Origin: Clostridia bacterium
GTDB taxonomy: Bacteria; Bacillota; Clostridia; Oscillospirales; CAG-272
Assembly: GCA_017482055.1 (NCBI GenBank)
Contig: JAFUOH010000017.1
Coordinates: 12,067 to 76,066 of the forward strand
Reading direction: 5' to 3'
Length of the DNA: 64,000 nucleotides
A model generated the notes under the pieces. That model searched no databases, had not been told where the DNA came from, and worked only from the letters and a program-made list of their open reading frames with translations. Both the position numbers and the translations under genes were made by a program. The first letter of the stretch is position 1; each line of letters starts with the position of its first letter. Shown one piece after another: positions 1 through 9,865 of this stretch.

Positions 1-428
1 TCACCCGCGGCGTTTCTGCGCAGATAATATGCAGTCTGCCGCTTTTGAATATCATTTGAGATTTCATTAAGCGTTTTCTTATCAAAGCCGCCGAATTTAA
101 GCGTTTCGGTGCGATGGGAGCGTCTATCCTCCGCACAAATCCCCGCTTGACTGTCGGAGCTGAAGTAGTAGGTCTCAAAGCCAAGTGTGCGGGATTTTCC
201 CTTATGCTTATACACGATTCCGTCAGCACGCACCGTAACCGTGGGCGAGCACATAACCTCATATACAATGACGCCGAACACCACAGGGTTGAACAGCGCA
301 ACCGCCATCGTAAAATTTCCTGTTGTCACTATTGAAAAAAAGCACAGAATAAACATGAAAAGCATAAAGCCCTTCACGGCACTTACAATATGCGCACCCA
401 AGGATTTTTTATAAATCTTGCTTTCCAA
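1..428 (-). CDS. Hypothetical membrane protein; the 3' end runs off the window
   Basis: Manual translation from TTG at 428 after a GGAGGTG RBS gives MESKIYKKSLGAHIVSAVKGFMLFMFILCFFSIVTTGNFTMAVALFNPVVFGVIVYEV..., open to the window edge, with two hydrophobic segments. Not in the ORF track. Confidence 0.7.
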   Translation of the reverse strand, partial: MESKIYKKSLGAHIVSAVKGFMLFMFILCFFSIVTTGNFTMAVALFNPVVFGVIVYEVMCSPTVTVRADGIVYKHKGKSRTLGFETYYFSSDSQAGICAEDRRSHRTETLKFGGFDKKTLNEISNDIQKRQTAYYLRRNAAG

Positions 429-552
429 AATCGGCACCTCCCGTAAATATGATCCTATACCGTTATTATACTATATATTCGCTCAAAAATCAAGTCGAAC
501 TTTGATATCACAGCGCTTTACTAAATTATTTGGTTAATTTTTTATGAATAAT

Positions 553-581
553 TTGAATTTCCGACTATTTTGTGATACAAT
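553..581 (+). promoter_or_regulatory. Sigma-A promoter for cdaA-cdaR
   Basis: TTGAAT-N17-TACAAT with a TG extension. Confidence 0.6.
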
Positions 582-653
582 ATATATAGGGGATGTGTGC
601 GCATTCGATTACGGCATTCCCGCAAGTTTCAACTGTGAAGGAATCGGGGCTTT

Positions 654-1535
654 ATGGAATATATCAGAACGTCTTTTTCGTATATGTGGAACATAATCTC
701 GGCAGGATCCTTTATCGATATCATTGATATTGCGATCGTGGCGTTTGTGTTTTATTATGTCTATAAATTCGTGCGTGAACGGCGCGCAGGCAAGCTGGCG
801 GTGGGTATACTTATCCTGCTGCTCGTACTGCTTCTCAGCGAGATACTCGAGATGCACGCCCTCGGATTCATATTGACAAACATCTTCCAGGTAGGAATAA
901 TCGCGCTTATCATCCTGTTCCAGCCCGAGCTTCGATCTGCACTTGAAAAGGTGGGCGCAGAGCCGCTTCGCGGACTCCGCAACATCAGCGAAAACAAGGC
1001 GGGAACAGATGTGCAGACCACCGCTATGATCGGCGAGATCACCCAGGCGGTCTGCGACATGTCGCTTGATAAGACAGGCGCACTGATCGTCATCGAGCGC
1101 AGCACAAAGCTCGGCGATATTATAAAAAGCGGAACAGTAGTCAACGCTAATGTTAACTCCTTCCTCATAAGAAACATATTTTTCAACAAAGCACCGCTCC
1201 ACGACGGCGCCATGATAATAAAGGACGGACGTATTTTCTCGGCAGGCTGTTTTCTGCCGCTGTCCACCAACGATGATATCATCAAGGATCTCGGAACACG
1301 TCATCGCGCCGCTATCGGAATGAGCGAAAACAGCGATGCGGTGATTATAGTCGTATCCGAGGAAACGGGCTCGATATCCATAGCGTTTGAAGGTCAATTG
1401 AAGCGCAATTACAGCTACAACACATTAAAAACAGAGCTTTGTCACCTGCTCCTCCCCGAGGATGAAACGGCAAAGCAGCAGAAAAAGGCAGTACTGCCTC
1501 TCTTCGGCAAGAAGGACGACAAGTCGGACAAATAA
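654..1535 (+). CDS. cdaA: Diadenylate cyclase CdaA (c-di-AMP synthase)
   Basis: Three N-terminal TM helices, FQPELR, and DAC motifs HDGA and RHRAA. Confidence 0.95.
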   Translation: MEYIRTSFSYMWNIISAGSFIDIIDIAIVAFVFYYVYKFVRERRAGKLAVGILILLLVLLLSEILEMHALGFILTNIFQVGIIALIILFQPELRSALEKVGAEPLRGLRNISENKAGTDVQTTAMIGEITQAVCDMSLDKTGALIVIERSTKLGDIIKSGTVVNANVNSFLIRNIFFNKAPLHDGAMIIKDGRIFSAGCFLPLSTNDDIIKDLGTRHRAAIGMSENSDAVIIVVSEETGSISIAFEGQLKRNYSYNTLKTELCHLLLPEDETAKQQKKAVLPLFGKKDDKSDK

Positions 1536-1558
1536 TCATACTGAAAGGGCATATCTCG

Positions 1559-2848
1559 ATGCGCAAAGAAACAAATAAAGCGCCCGCACAAAGCGAATAT
1601 GAGCAGCATGTTGCCGAATCGGGCGGCGATTATCAGGTCAGTACAAGTAAATATCAGAATGCGGTCGCAAAGGTACTGTGCGTTCTGGCGGCGATAATTC
1701 TGTGGTTCTATGTTGTCGGCACAAACACAGCTATCGAGGAAAAGGTGTTCTCGGGTGTACCGGTGGCGATCGAAAATCTTGAGGTCATCGAATCCGAGCT
1801 TGGAATGTCGGTCATCAGCGGTTACGATTACACCGTGGATCTCACCTTGCAGGGCGCAAAATCCGAGCTTGACCGACTCTCCGTCGAGGATATCACGGTG
1901 TACGTTGATGTTGGAAGCATCACGGCATCGGGTGAACAGGCACTTGAAGTCAAGACCTCGCTTCCGAGCGGTATATCCGTTGTAAAACAGTCAGCGAGCC
2001 TTATCAGGGTATATATCGACAAGAGCATTTCCATAAGCGTTCCGCTCCGAGTGGAGCCGCACTATTCCATCGAATCTGCGTATGAGCTCGGAATACCCGT
2101 ACCGAGCGTTGAAACTGTCAACGTAACAGGTCCCGCAGCAGAGCTCGACAAGGTAGCATACGCACTTTTGTCCCTTGATCTCGGACGTATAAACAAATCC
2201 ATAACGGCGACAGGCAAGCCCATCCTTGTTGACGAAACGGGTGCTGAGATAGAGAGCGCATATGTTAAGCTGCAGACAGGCGAAGTTTCGGTTCAGGTTC
2301 CGGTATACACCTACAAGGATGTTTATCTCGCCGCTGAATATAAGCATGGCTTCTATAATGCCTCAAACGTCGCTGTAAAATTCTCCCCCGAGTCTGTGCG
2401 TCTTAAAGGCGATCCCGACGTGCTTGCAGAAATAGACAGTGTCGCTATCCTTATTGACGAAAAGAAAGTGATCGACGACGGTGTGCTCAACGCCAATATT
2501 CCCGAGCTTGAAAACATCGAGAATGTCAGCGGTATCACAACCGTCAGTGTGTCCATCGTCCATAAGAACACAGACACCCGTACGATGACCGTTGACAATC
2601 TGGTGGTGCTGAATCCCGATGACCTCGACTACATGCTCGAATCCTCGACAGTGGACGTAACCTTCCGCGGCACCAAGCAGCGTTTATCGCTTCTTAACCA
2701 GAATAATGTCACCGCCACCCTTGATCTCGGTAACATAGTGGATGTCCCCGGACTTCAGATGGTACCGCTTACGATAACCATAACAAATGCGCTTTCAAGC
2801 AACGTATACGAGATCGGTACCTATGAGATGGGTGTTCTTATCGAGTAG
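1559..2848 (+). CDS. cdaR: CdaR (YbbR-domain) regulator of CdaA
   Basis: Single TM (AIILWFYV) followed by repeated beta-rich YbbR-like units (P..V.VTGP, PESVRLKG); directly downstream of cdaA. Confidence 0.85.
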   Translation: MRKETNKAPAQSEYEQHVAESGGDYQVSTSKYQNAVAKVLCVLAAIILWFYVVGTNTAIEEKVFSGVPVAIENLEVIESELGMSVISGYDYTVDLTLQGAKSELDRLSVEDITVYVDVGSITASGEQALEVKTSLPSGISVVKQSASLIRVYIDKSISISVPLRVEPHYSIESAYELGIPVPSVETVNVTGPAAELDKVAYALLSLDLGRINKSITATGKPILVDETGAEIESAYVKLQTGEVSVQVPVYTYKDVYLAAEYKHGFYNASNVAVKFSPESVRLKGDPDVLAEIDSVAILIDEKKVIDDGVLNANIPELENIENVSGITTVSVSIVHKNTDTRTMTVDNLVVLNPDDLDYMLESSTVDVTFRGTKQRLSLLNQNNVTATLDLGNIVDVPGLQMVPLTITITNALSSNVYEIGTYEMGVLIE

Positions 2849-2854
2849 CGCTTC

Positions 2855-2892
2855 AAACGGGCTGTAGTACATAGTGCAACAGCCCGTTTTTT
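2855..2892 (+). terminator. Intrinsic terminator after cdaR
   Basis: AAACGGGCTGT...ACAGCCCGTTTTTT. Confidence 0.75.
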
Positions 2893-2979
2893 GGGCGGAG
2901 GCTCCGCCGCATCATCCTGTTGAACGATCGAATGATAGGTTATCATCCAATTTGATATATCGAATATTTGGAGAACAAT

Positions 2980-4653
2980 ATGAAACAGCAGATCATTGTC
3001 AAAAACATAAAGCTCCCGCTTACCGCCTGCGTGGAGGAGGCGTATGCGGCGGCAAAACACAGGCTGGCGCTCACAGACAGCGAATATATTTCCGCCGCGC
3101 TCCATAAGCGCTCCATTGATGCACGCAGACGCAGTGATGTACCGATGTTTGTCTATTCAGTCACGGTCGAATGCGATATCGGCAGCAAAAAGGCGGCAAA
3201 GCTCACAAAAACCGCGGATACGGAAATAGTACATCGCGAGCCGTTAACACCCAAATACGGCACACGACCGCTCACATCTCGTCCGCTCGTAGTAGGCTTC
3301 GGACCCGCAGGTATGTTCGCGGCGCTCATGCTTGCCGAGCACGGCTACAGACCACTTGTCATTGAGCGCGGCGGCGATATAAAATCACGCAGTGCGGCAG
3401 TGAATGAGTTCATACGCACGGGACGGCTCAACACCTCCACCAACATCCAGTTCGGTGCGGGCGGCGCGGGAACCTTCTCCGACGGCAAGCTGGTCACTCG
3501 CATAAACGATCCGCGCTGTACCTATGTGCTGGAACGCTTTGTAGAGTTCGGCGCTCCGGAAGAAATACTGTGGCTGGCAAAGCCTCATGTGGGCACCGAT
3601 CGACTGCTGTCGGTGGTCGAAGGTATGGCAGAGCGCATCCGAGCGCTTGGCGGCGAGATCAGATTTGACACACAGCTCACCGATCTCACGCTTGAAAACG
3701 GACAAGTCACCTCAGCTGAGCTCACCTCGCACAATGTACGCGATCACACACAGTGCAGTGCGGTGATTCTCGCCGTGGGTCACAGTGCCCGTGACACTTA
3801 TGATATGTTAGCGGCTCGCGGATTTGTACTTATTCCCAAGCCCTTTTCCGTGGGTGTTCGCGCCGAGCACCTGCAGTGCGATATCGACGCGGCGTTATAC
3901 GGTGACGCGGCAGGTCTGACAGATAAAAACGGCAGGCGCATCCTTCCGCCCGGCGAATATTCGCTGTCGTGGCGTGAGCCTCAGAGCGGACTTCGCTCCG
4001 ACACCGCACGCGGCGTGTACAGCTTCTGTATGTGTCCCGGCGGCGAAGTCATGGCATCCGCAAGCGAGGAAGGCGGAGTTGTCACCAACGGCATGAGCCG
4101 TTACGCCCGTAACGGCGTGAATGCCAATGCCGCCATAGCAGTGTCTGTATTCCCCGAGGATGTGGGCGGCACATGGCAGGATGGCGTAGTTTTCCAGCGC
4201 AGACTTGAACGTGCGGCATATAATGCCGCCGACACGGGTGAGCATGACTACCGCGCTCCGGTGGAAACACTCGGCGATTTTCTTGACGGCAAGACCTCTC
4301 ATTTCACCGAGCCGAGCCGCGTCAAACCAACCTATCGTAACGGCGTTTACACCCTGTGTGACCTTTCGTCGATACTGCCGGGATTTGTCACTGATATGCT
4401 AAGAAAGGGCTTTGGTAATTTCGGAAGAAAAATCAAAGGCTTCGATGCCCGTGATACAGTGCTGACGGGCGTTGAGACCCGCACCTCGTCACCCGTGCGC
4501 ATCCCGCGCGGTGAGGAGCTGACCGCCTCTGCGGCGAACAATCTCTACCCCTGCGGTGAGGGTGCAGGCTACGCCGGCGGCATCACCAGTGCCGCAGTTG
4601 ACGGCATCAACACGGCAATGAGACTCATGAGTTTATGGGCACCGCTTGAATAA
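2980..4653 (+). CDS. Uncharacterised FAD-dependent oxidoreductase
   Basis: VVGFGPAG dinucleotide-binding motif, FGAGGAGTFSDGKL, FCMCPGG, ETRTSSPVRI, GEGAGYAGGITSAAVDG; ATG at 2980 after GGAG. Confidence 0.85.
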   Translation: MKQQIIVKNIKLPLTACVEEAYAAAKHRLALTDSEYISAALHKRSIDARRRSDVPMFVYSVTVECDIGSKKAAKLTKTADTEIVHREPLTPKYGTRPLTSRPLVVGFGPAGMFAALMLAEHGYRPLVIERGGDIKSRSAAVNEFIRTGRLNTSTNIQFGAGGAGTFSDGKLVTRINDPRCTYVLERFVEFGAPEEILWLAKPHVGTDRLLSVVEGMAERIRALGGEIRFDTQLTDLTLENGQVTSAELTSHNVRDHTQCSAVILAVGHSARDTYDMLAARGFVLIPKPFSVGVRAEHLQCDIDAALYGDAAGLTDKNGRRILPPGEYSLSWREPQSGLRSDTARGVYSFCMCPGGEVMASASEEGGVVTNGMSRYARNGVNANAAIAVSVFPEDVGGTWQDGVVFQRRLERAAYNAADTGEHDYRAPVETLGDFLDGKTSHFTEPSRVKPTYRNGVYTLCDLSSILPGFVTDMLRKGFGNFGRKIKGFDARDTVLTGVETRTSSPVRIPRGEELTASAANNLYPCGEGAGYAGGITSAAVDGINTAMRLMSLWAPLE

Positions 4654-4678
4654 ACATTGATGGAGGTATAAAAACGAT

Positions 4679-6520
4679 ATGCACAAAATAGAAAACCGTC
4701 TGCGCTTTACAGGCGAGGCGGAAGCAACAGTATATTTTTGCACTGACGGCACGGCGGCTATCACCTATACTTCCGACAGAGCACTTACATACCGTCTTGC
4801 CGATGCATGGAACAGTGAGATATCTGTCGGATGTGCCGAGCATGCAGAGCTTCCATTGCCGCAGAGCGGTAATTACAGATTGACATTTTCGGCGGATATG
4901 GGCGGTACCGCAGTGATCACGCTTCACTGCGAGGATAATGTGCTGCCCTACATTATGCCCGGTGTGGGCGTGCTGTGGGAACACGGCGGTATTTTCCCGA
5001 TGCTGCTCGACAGAGATCAGCCGCATACATTATGGCTTCTGTCGGCAGACGACGACAGTACCGACACTTCAGCGGTCATCAAGGGCATCGACTACGGCGA
5101 GGATGTCTCCATAACAGTGAAAGGCGAGCTCTTCACCGCCGATTGGTATCCAAAAATGACACGACCATGGTTCTGGCATTCGGCAGAACTGCCGAATGTT
5201 GCTTTGATGCGTATTGATCTGCCGCCATGCAAATCCGACGTACGTTTCACCGCCTACAATCGAGTCGTGACAGCGCTTGAGGAGCCAAAGCATAAATTCA
5301 CCTTCGGAGCGCTGATCCCACGAGTTACCGACGCCCAAGGCAATGCCATAGATGCACGGGTTGAGGTGTTTGTGGGAAACGAGCGTGTCGCGCTGTCCGA
5401 CCGATTTGCGCATGAGGACACGCCGATACATCTGCCTCTCGGGCGCTATAAACTGCGTGCGTCACACGGCATATTTTGGAGCGAAGCCGAGGTGACGGCA
5501 GATGTCACCTTGGATACTACCGAAGTCACATTTACCCTTAATGAAACGGTAAAGCTTCCAAATGGTTGGTTGCTCGGTGAGCTTCATACGCACTCATCTC
5601 TTGAAGATGCAACGCTGTTTCCGAAGCATGTCATGCGTGCGGCTCGTGCCTGCGGACGAAATTTCTGCTTTATGACCGATAAGGACGTAGGCTTACTTGA
5701 TAAATTCGGACTGCACGAATGCGACCTTGACGGAAACTTTCTTGCTTTTCCCGGGCAGGAGATCATGTGTCATGAGCTCCACACGAATGTACTGAACCCG
5801 TCCCACAGAATACACAATCCCGAAGCGGAGGATCTTGGCGCGGTTAACCGCGATATCGAAGTTAAAACAGAGAAATGGCTCTGCGAATACCGCAAGATGA
5901 AAAAAGAACGCCCCTGTCTTATCATGCACAACCACCCCGAACACCGCACCGAGGTAATGAAGCGCGGGAAACCCTACTTCCGCTCATGGTGGGTATCGGA
6001 TATGTTCGGCGATGACTATCATCTCGTGGAAAACTGCGGCTACACGGGCTGGTTTGACCGTCTGAACCGCGGACGCAGGATTTACGCCGCCTGGACCGGT
6101 GACGGACATGACTGTACGCTGATGTATCCGGGTAAGGAAGGTGTTTGCGTATATACAGGAGGCGAGCTTTCGGCGGAAGCGGTGATAAGCGCTCTTGAAT
6201 CGGGACGCTTCTTCTCCTGCCGCGCTCCCGGAGCGTTTATTGATATCAGCCGTGCCGAAGCTAATGGTATCAGAGTCATCGCCAAGTCGCCGATTGAAAT
6301 TGAATTTATTGAGATAATAGCCGACGGACAAGTGAGCACTGAGATACCCGGCAACAGAAAAAGAGAGATCGACATAATATGCGAACTCCCTGCGAATACA
6401 CATTGGTGCTTGGCACGCTTAAAGCTCTGCGGCGGCGATTGGAACGCGACACTGCACAGCTTCACCCCATTTATGGAAGCAGGCTTTGCGGCATTCACCA
6501 ATCCGCTGTTCCTTTGGTGA
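4679..6520 (+). CDS. PHP-domain (CehA/McbA-like) metallohydrolase with an uncharacterised N-terminal region
   Basis: GELHTHS, PGQE, NHP, GDGHD, SALESGRFF and C-terminal AFTNPLF; GGAGGT RBS. Confidence 0.7.
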   Translation: MHKIENRLRFTGEAEATVYFCTDGTAAITYTSDRALTYRLADAWNSEISVGCAEHAELPLPQSGNYRLTFSADMGGTAVITLHCEDNVLPYIMPGVGVLWEHGGIFPMLLDRDQPHTLWLLSADDDSTDTSAVIKGIDYGEDVSITVKGELFTADWYPKMTRPWFWHSAELPNVALMRIDLPPCKSDVRFTAYNRVVTALEEPKHKFTFGALIPRVTDAQGNAIDARVEVFVGNERVALSDRFAHEDTPIHLPLGRYKLRASHGIFWSEAEVTADVTLDTTEVTFTLNETVKLPNGWLLGELHTHSSLEDATLFPKHVMRAARACGRNFCFMTDKDVGLLDKFGLHECDLDGNFLAFPGQEIMCHELHTNVLNPSHRIHNPEAEDLGAVNRDIEVKTEKWLCEYRKMKKERPCLIMHNHPEHRTEVMKRGKPYFRSWWVSDMFGDDYHLVENCGYTGWFDRLNRGRRIYAAWTGDGHDCTLMYPGKEGVCVYTGGELSAEAVISALESGRFFSCRAPGAFIDISRAEANGIRVIAKSPIEIEFIEIIADGQVSTEIPGNRKREIDIICELPANTHWCLARLKLCGGDWNATLHSFTPFMEAGFAAFTNPLFLW

Positions 6521-6672
6521 AATAAAAGCGGGGAATTTTTTCTCAAACTGCGAATCACGGTAAAACTTCTGCCGTCCCCCGTGAAGATCGGCGAAACACC
6601 GCTTATTTATGCAGTGTATCGGAAGATACGGCAACTCTGTTTTACCGCATCACCCTGCAAAAGCATAATATC

Positions 6673-6719
6673 AAAAACCGCTCGAAAACCGAGGATTCGG
6701 GAGCATTCGAGCGGTTTTT
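6673..6719. terminator. 14-bp inverted repeat, probable bidirectional terminator
   Basis: AAAAACCGCTCGAA ... TTCGAGCGGTTTTT. Confidence 0.55.
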
Positions 6720-6801
6720 CGCTTTTTTGCGGACAAATTTCCGAAAAATTCGGGCTTAACATAAAAAAATCGCGGATATTTCAAGAATTTTGCAAAAACT
6801 A

Positions 6802-6830
6802 TTGACTTTTTATATCATCTCTGCTACAAT
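6802..6830 (+). promoter_or_regulatory. Sigma-A promoter for potABCD
   Basis: TTGACT-N17-TACAAT with an extended -10 TG. Confidence 0.75.
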
Positions 6831-7021
6831 ATTGCTGTCACCATTATTATCGTGTGACAAACGGAGTGTACACGCACCCAATCGTGTGTGCGCCTGCGAT
6901 TTGTTTTGCCATCTCTTTCCGGTCGTCCGATGCCGCATGTCGGAGTATTGGTTCGGGGTGTTTTTTTTCGTAAGGCGTGAAAAAATATATTCATCACAGA
7001 AGGAGCTATCGAAACAAGAAG

Positions 7022-8128
7022 ATGAACAAAAACAAAATCATTGAACTGAAAAACATCACAATGGAATACGACGGTGAACAGATACTGAAAGGTATCAACC
7101 TCGATATCCATGACAAGGAATTCGTCACTCTGCTGGGTCCCTCAGGCTGCGGCAAGACGACCACACTTCGTATCGTCGGAGGCTTCATAACGCCCGATTC
7201 GGGAGACGTGTTTTTCGGCGGCAAGCGCGTCAACGATGTACCGCCTTATAAACGCCCCGTCAATACGGTTTTTCAGAAATACGCTCTATTTCCCCATCTG
7301 AACGTTTACGAAAATGTCGCGTTCGGTCTGCGCCTCAAAAAAGTATCCGAGCCCGAAATATCCCGCCGTGTGGGCGAGATGCTGGAGCTTGTAGATCTTA
7401 AAGGCTACGACAAACGCGGTGTGAATCAGCTCTCGGGCGGTCAGCAGCAGCGTATTGCCATCGCTCGCGCGCTTATCAATAACCCCAAGGTGCTGCTCCT
7501 CGATGAGCCCCTCGGCGCGCTTGACTTAAAGCTGCGCAAGGAAATGCAGATCGAGCTTAAAAAGATACAGCAGCGCATGGAGATCACCTTTATTTATGTT
7601 ACACACGACCAGGAGGAGGCGCTTACCATGAGCGACACCGTGGTCGTTATGAAGGACGGTACCATCCAACAGATCGGTACGCCCCAGGATATCTACAACG
7701 AGCCCGTAAACTCCTTTGTCGCCGACTTTATCGGCGAGTCCAACATCCTTCCGGGCATTATGCACCGCGACCGACTGGTCGAATTCGCAGGAAACAACTT
7801 TGAATGCGTTGACGGCGGCTTTGACCCCATGGAACCCGTGGATGTTGTTATCCGTCCCGAAGATATTAAGCTCACCCCCGCATCGGACGATGCACTTAAC
7901 GGTGTCGTCGAAAACGTTACCTTCAAGGGCGTACACTACGAGATCATTGTAAAGGCGTATTCCGACACATGGATGATACACTCCACTAAAGCCCCGAATG
8001 TGGGCGAGGTGGTCGGTATCACGCTTACTCCCGAGGATATCCACATCATGAAGAAGAGCGAGGTCAAGAAGGTCAACTACTTCAAGTCCGATCTCACGGA
8101 GGGCAGCGACATTGAGCAAAAAATCTAA
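7022..8128 (+). CDS. potA: Spermidine/putrescine ABC transporter ATPase
   Basis: [53 protein letters not shown]. Confidence 0.95.
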   Translation: MNKNKIIELKNITMEYDGEQILKGINLDIHDKEFVTLLGPSGCGKTTTLRIVGGFITPDSGDVFFGGKRVNDVPPYKRPVNTVFQKYALFPHLNVYENVAFGLRLKKVSEPEISRRVGEMLELVDLKGYDKRGVNQLSGGQQQRIAIARALINNPKVLLLDEPLGALDLKLRKEMQIELKKIQQRMEITFIYVTHDQEEALTMSDTVVVMKDGTIQQIGTPQDIYNEPVNSFVADFIGESNILPGIMHRDRLVEFAGNNFECVDGGFDPMEPVDVVIRPEDIKLTPASDDALNGVVENVTFKGVHYEIIVKAYSDTWMIHSTKAPNVGEVVGITLTPEDIHIMKKSEVKKVNYFKSDLTEGSDIEQKI

Positions 8129-9068
8129 ATACGCTGCTGTCCCATACCTTGTATGGATGGTAATATTTATCCTTGTGCCGCTCATTCTGATCGGTGTGTT
8201 CGCGTTCACCACTACCGTACAGGTGGACTCCGAGGGCAATGTGCTCACCACCGAGGAATACGACACATATGTGGCAGACCTTATCGCCGAGTACGATGAG
8301 ATCGGCGAGGATTACGACATAAACGAGCTGCTTGAAAACGATGATATCACCGAAAAAACCGTGTTCACGTTGGCTCACATTTTGGAGGTCAGCAAATATT
8401 CCTCCGTGCTCATCAATTCTGCGTGGCTTGCACTGATCGCCACCGCGATCTGTCTTGTCATCGCATATCCACTTGCCTATATGATCTCGCGCATGCGCGA
8501 ATCTCGTCAGAAGCTGGCGCTTATGCTCGTTATGCTTCCCATGTGGATGAACTTCCTGCTTCGCACCTACGCATGGATGACCCTGCTTGAAAAGAACGGA
8601 CTTATCAACAAGCTGTTCGGGCTCATCGGTCTCGGTCCCTTTGAAATGATCAACACCCAAGGGGCGGTAGTGCTCGGCATGATCTACAACTACCTGCCCT
8701 TTATGATCCTCCCGCTCTATTCCGTCATGACCAAGATCGACAGCCGCACTATTGAGGCTGCGCAGGACCTTGGCGCAAACGGCATTCAGGTGCTGGGACG
8801 CGTCATTATCCCGCTGTCCATGCCCGGCGTGGCAACGGGTATCACACAGGTATTCGTTCCGTCCATCTCCACCTTTATTATCTCCAGAATGCTGGGCGGC
8901 GGCACCAATATGCTTATCGGTGACCTTATCGACCTGCAGTTCCTGGGCAACGCCTACAACCCGAGCCTGGGTGCGGCGATATCGCTCGTGCTGATGGTAT
9001 TCATCATCCTCTGCATGTCGATCACCAATCAGCTCGACAATGAGGACATGGAAGGGGTGCTGATGTGA
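8112..9068 (+). CDS. potB: Spermidine/putrescine ABC permease
   Basis: [37 protein letters not shown] loop. Confidence 0.92.
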   Translation: MSKKSKYAAVPYLVWMVIFILVPLILIGVFAFTTTVQVDSEGNVLTTEEYDTYVADLIAEYDEIGEDYDINELLENDDITEKTVFTLAHILEVSKYSSVLINSAWLALIATAICLVIAYPLAYMISRMRESRQKLALMLVMLPMWMNFLLRTYAWMTLLEKNGLINKLFGLIGLGPFEMINTQGAVVLGMIYNYLPFMILPLYSVMTKIDSRTIEAAQDLGANGIQVLGRVIIPLSMPGVATGITQVFVPSISTFIISRMLGGGTNMLIGDLIDLQFLGNAYNPSLGAAISLVLMVFIILCMSITNQLDNEDMEGVLM

Positions 9069-9865
9069 GAAAGATTACTTCGAAGCTGTATATCGCACTG
9101 GTATTCCTATTCCTCTACGCGCCTATCTTCGTGCTCATCGCATACTCCTTCAACGAGTCGAAGAGCCGTACCGTATGGACAGGCTTCACCTTTGACTGGT
9201 ATGTTAAGCTGTTCAATAATGAGGTCATCTTAAAGAGCCTCGCCAACACCCTTATCATCGCGCTTATCGCAGCGGTAGTCTCCACTATTCTCGGAACTCT
9301 CGCGGCTATCGGTATCTACAACATGAAAAAGTGGCTGCGCACCGCAATAGTCAACATTACTTATATTCCGATCATGAATTCCGAGATGGTTACGGGTGTT
9401 TCGCTGATGCTGCTTTTCGTGGCGCTGAACATCGACCTCGGCTATTTCACCCTGATCCTGGCACACATCACCTTCTGCGTGCCGTATGTTATCCTAAATG
9501 TGCTTCCGAAGCTGCGTCAGATGAACCACAATCTTTATGATGCGGCTCTGGACCTTGGCTGTAATCCCATACAGGCATTCAGACATGTTATCGTGCCCGA
9601 GATCATGCCGGGTATCGTAACAGGCTTTCTGATGTCGCTGACCTATTCCATCGACGATTTCATCATAAGCTACTTCACAACAGGTGCAAACTCTCAGACC
9701 CTGCCCATCACCATCTACTCGATGACTCGCCGCAAGGTATCCCCCGAGGTTAACGCACTGTCTGCTATCATCTTCGTTGTAGTGCTGCTCATACTGCTTA
9801 TTATGAACTTCAAGGACATCCGTGACTCTGCGCCTAAGAAGCGCAGAAAAGGAGGTGCGGCATGA
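9065..9865 (+). CDS. potC: Spermidine/putrescine ABC permease
   Basis: FLYAPI..SFN, AHITFCVPYV, DAALDLG, SIDDFIISYF. Confidence 0.92.
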   Translation: MRKITSKLYIALVFLFLYAPIFVLIAYSFNESKSRTVWTGFTFDWYVKLFNNEVILKSLANTLIIALIAAVVSTILGTLAAIGIYNMKKWLRTAIVNITYIPIMNSEMVTGVSLMLLFVALNIDLGYFTLILAHITFCVPYVILNVLPKLRQMNHNLYDAALDLGCNPIQAFRHVIVPEIMPGIVTGFLMSLTYSIDDFIISYFTTGANSQTLPITIYSMTRRKVSPEVNALSAIIFVVVLLILLIMNFKDIRDSAPKKRRKGGAA

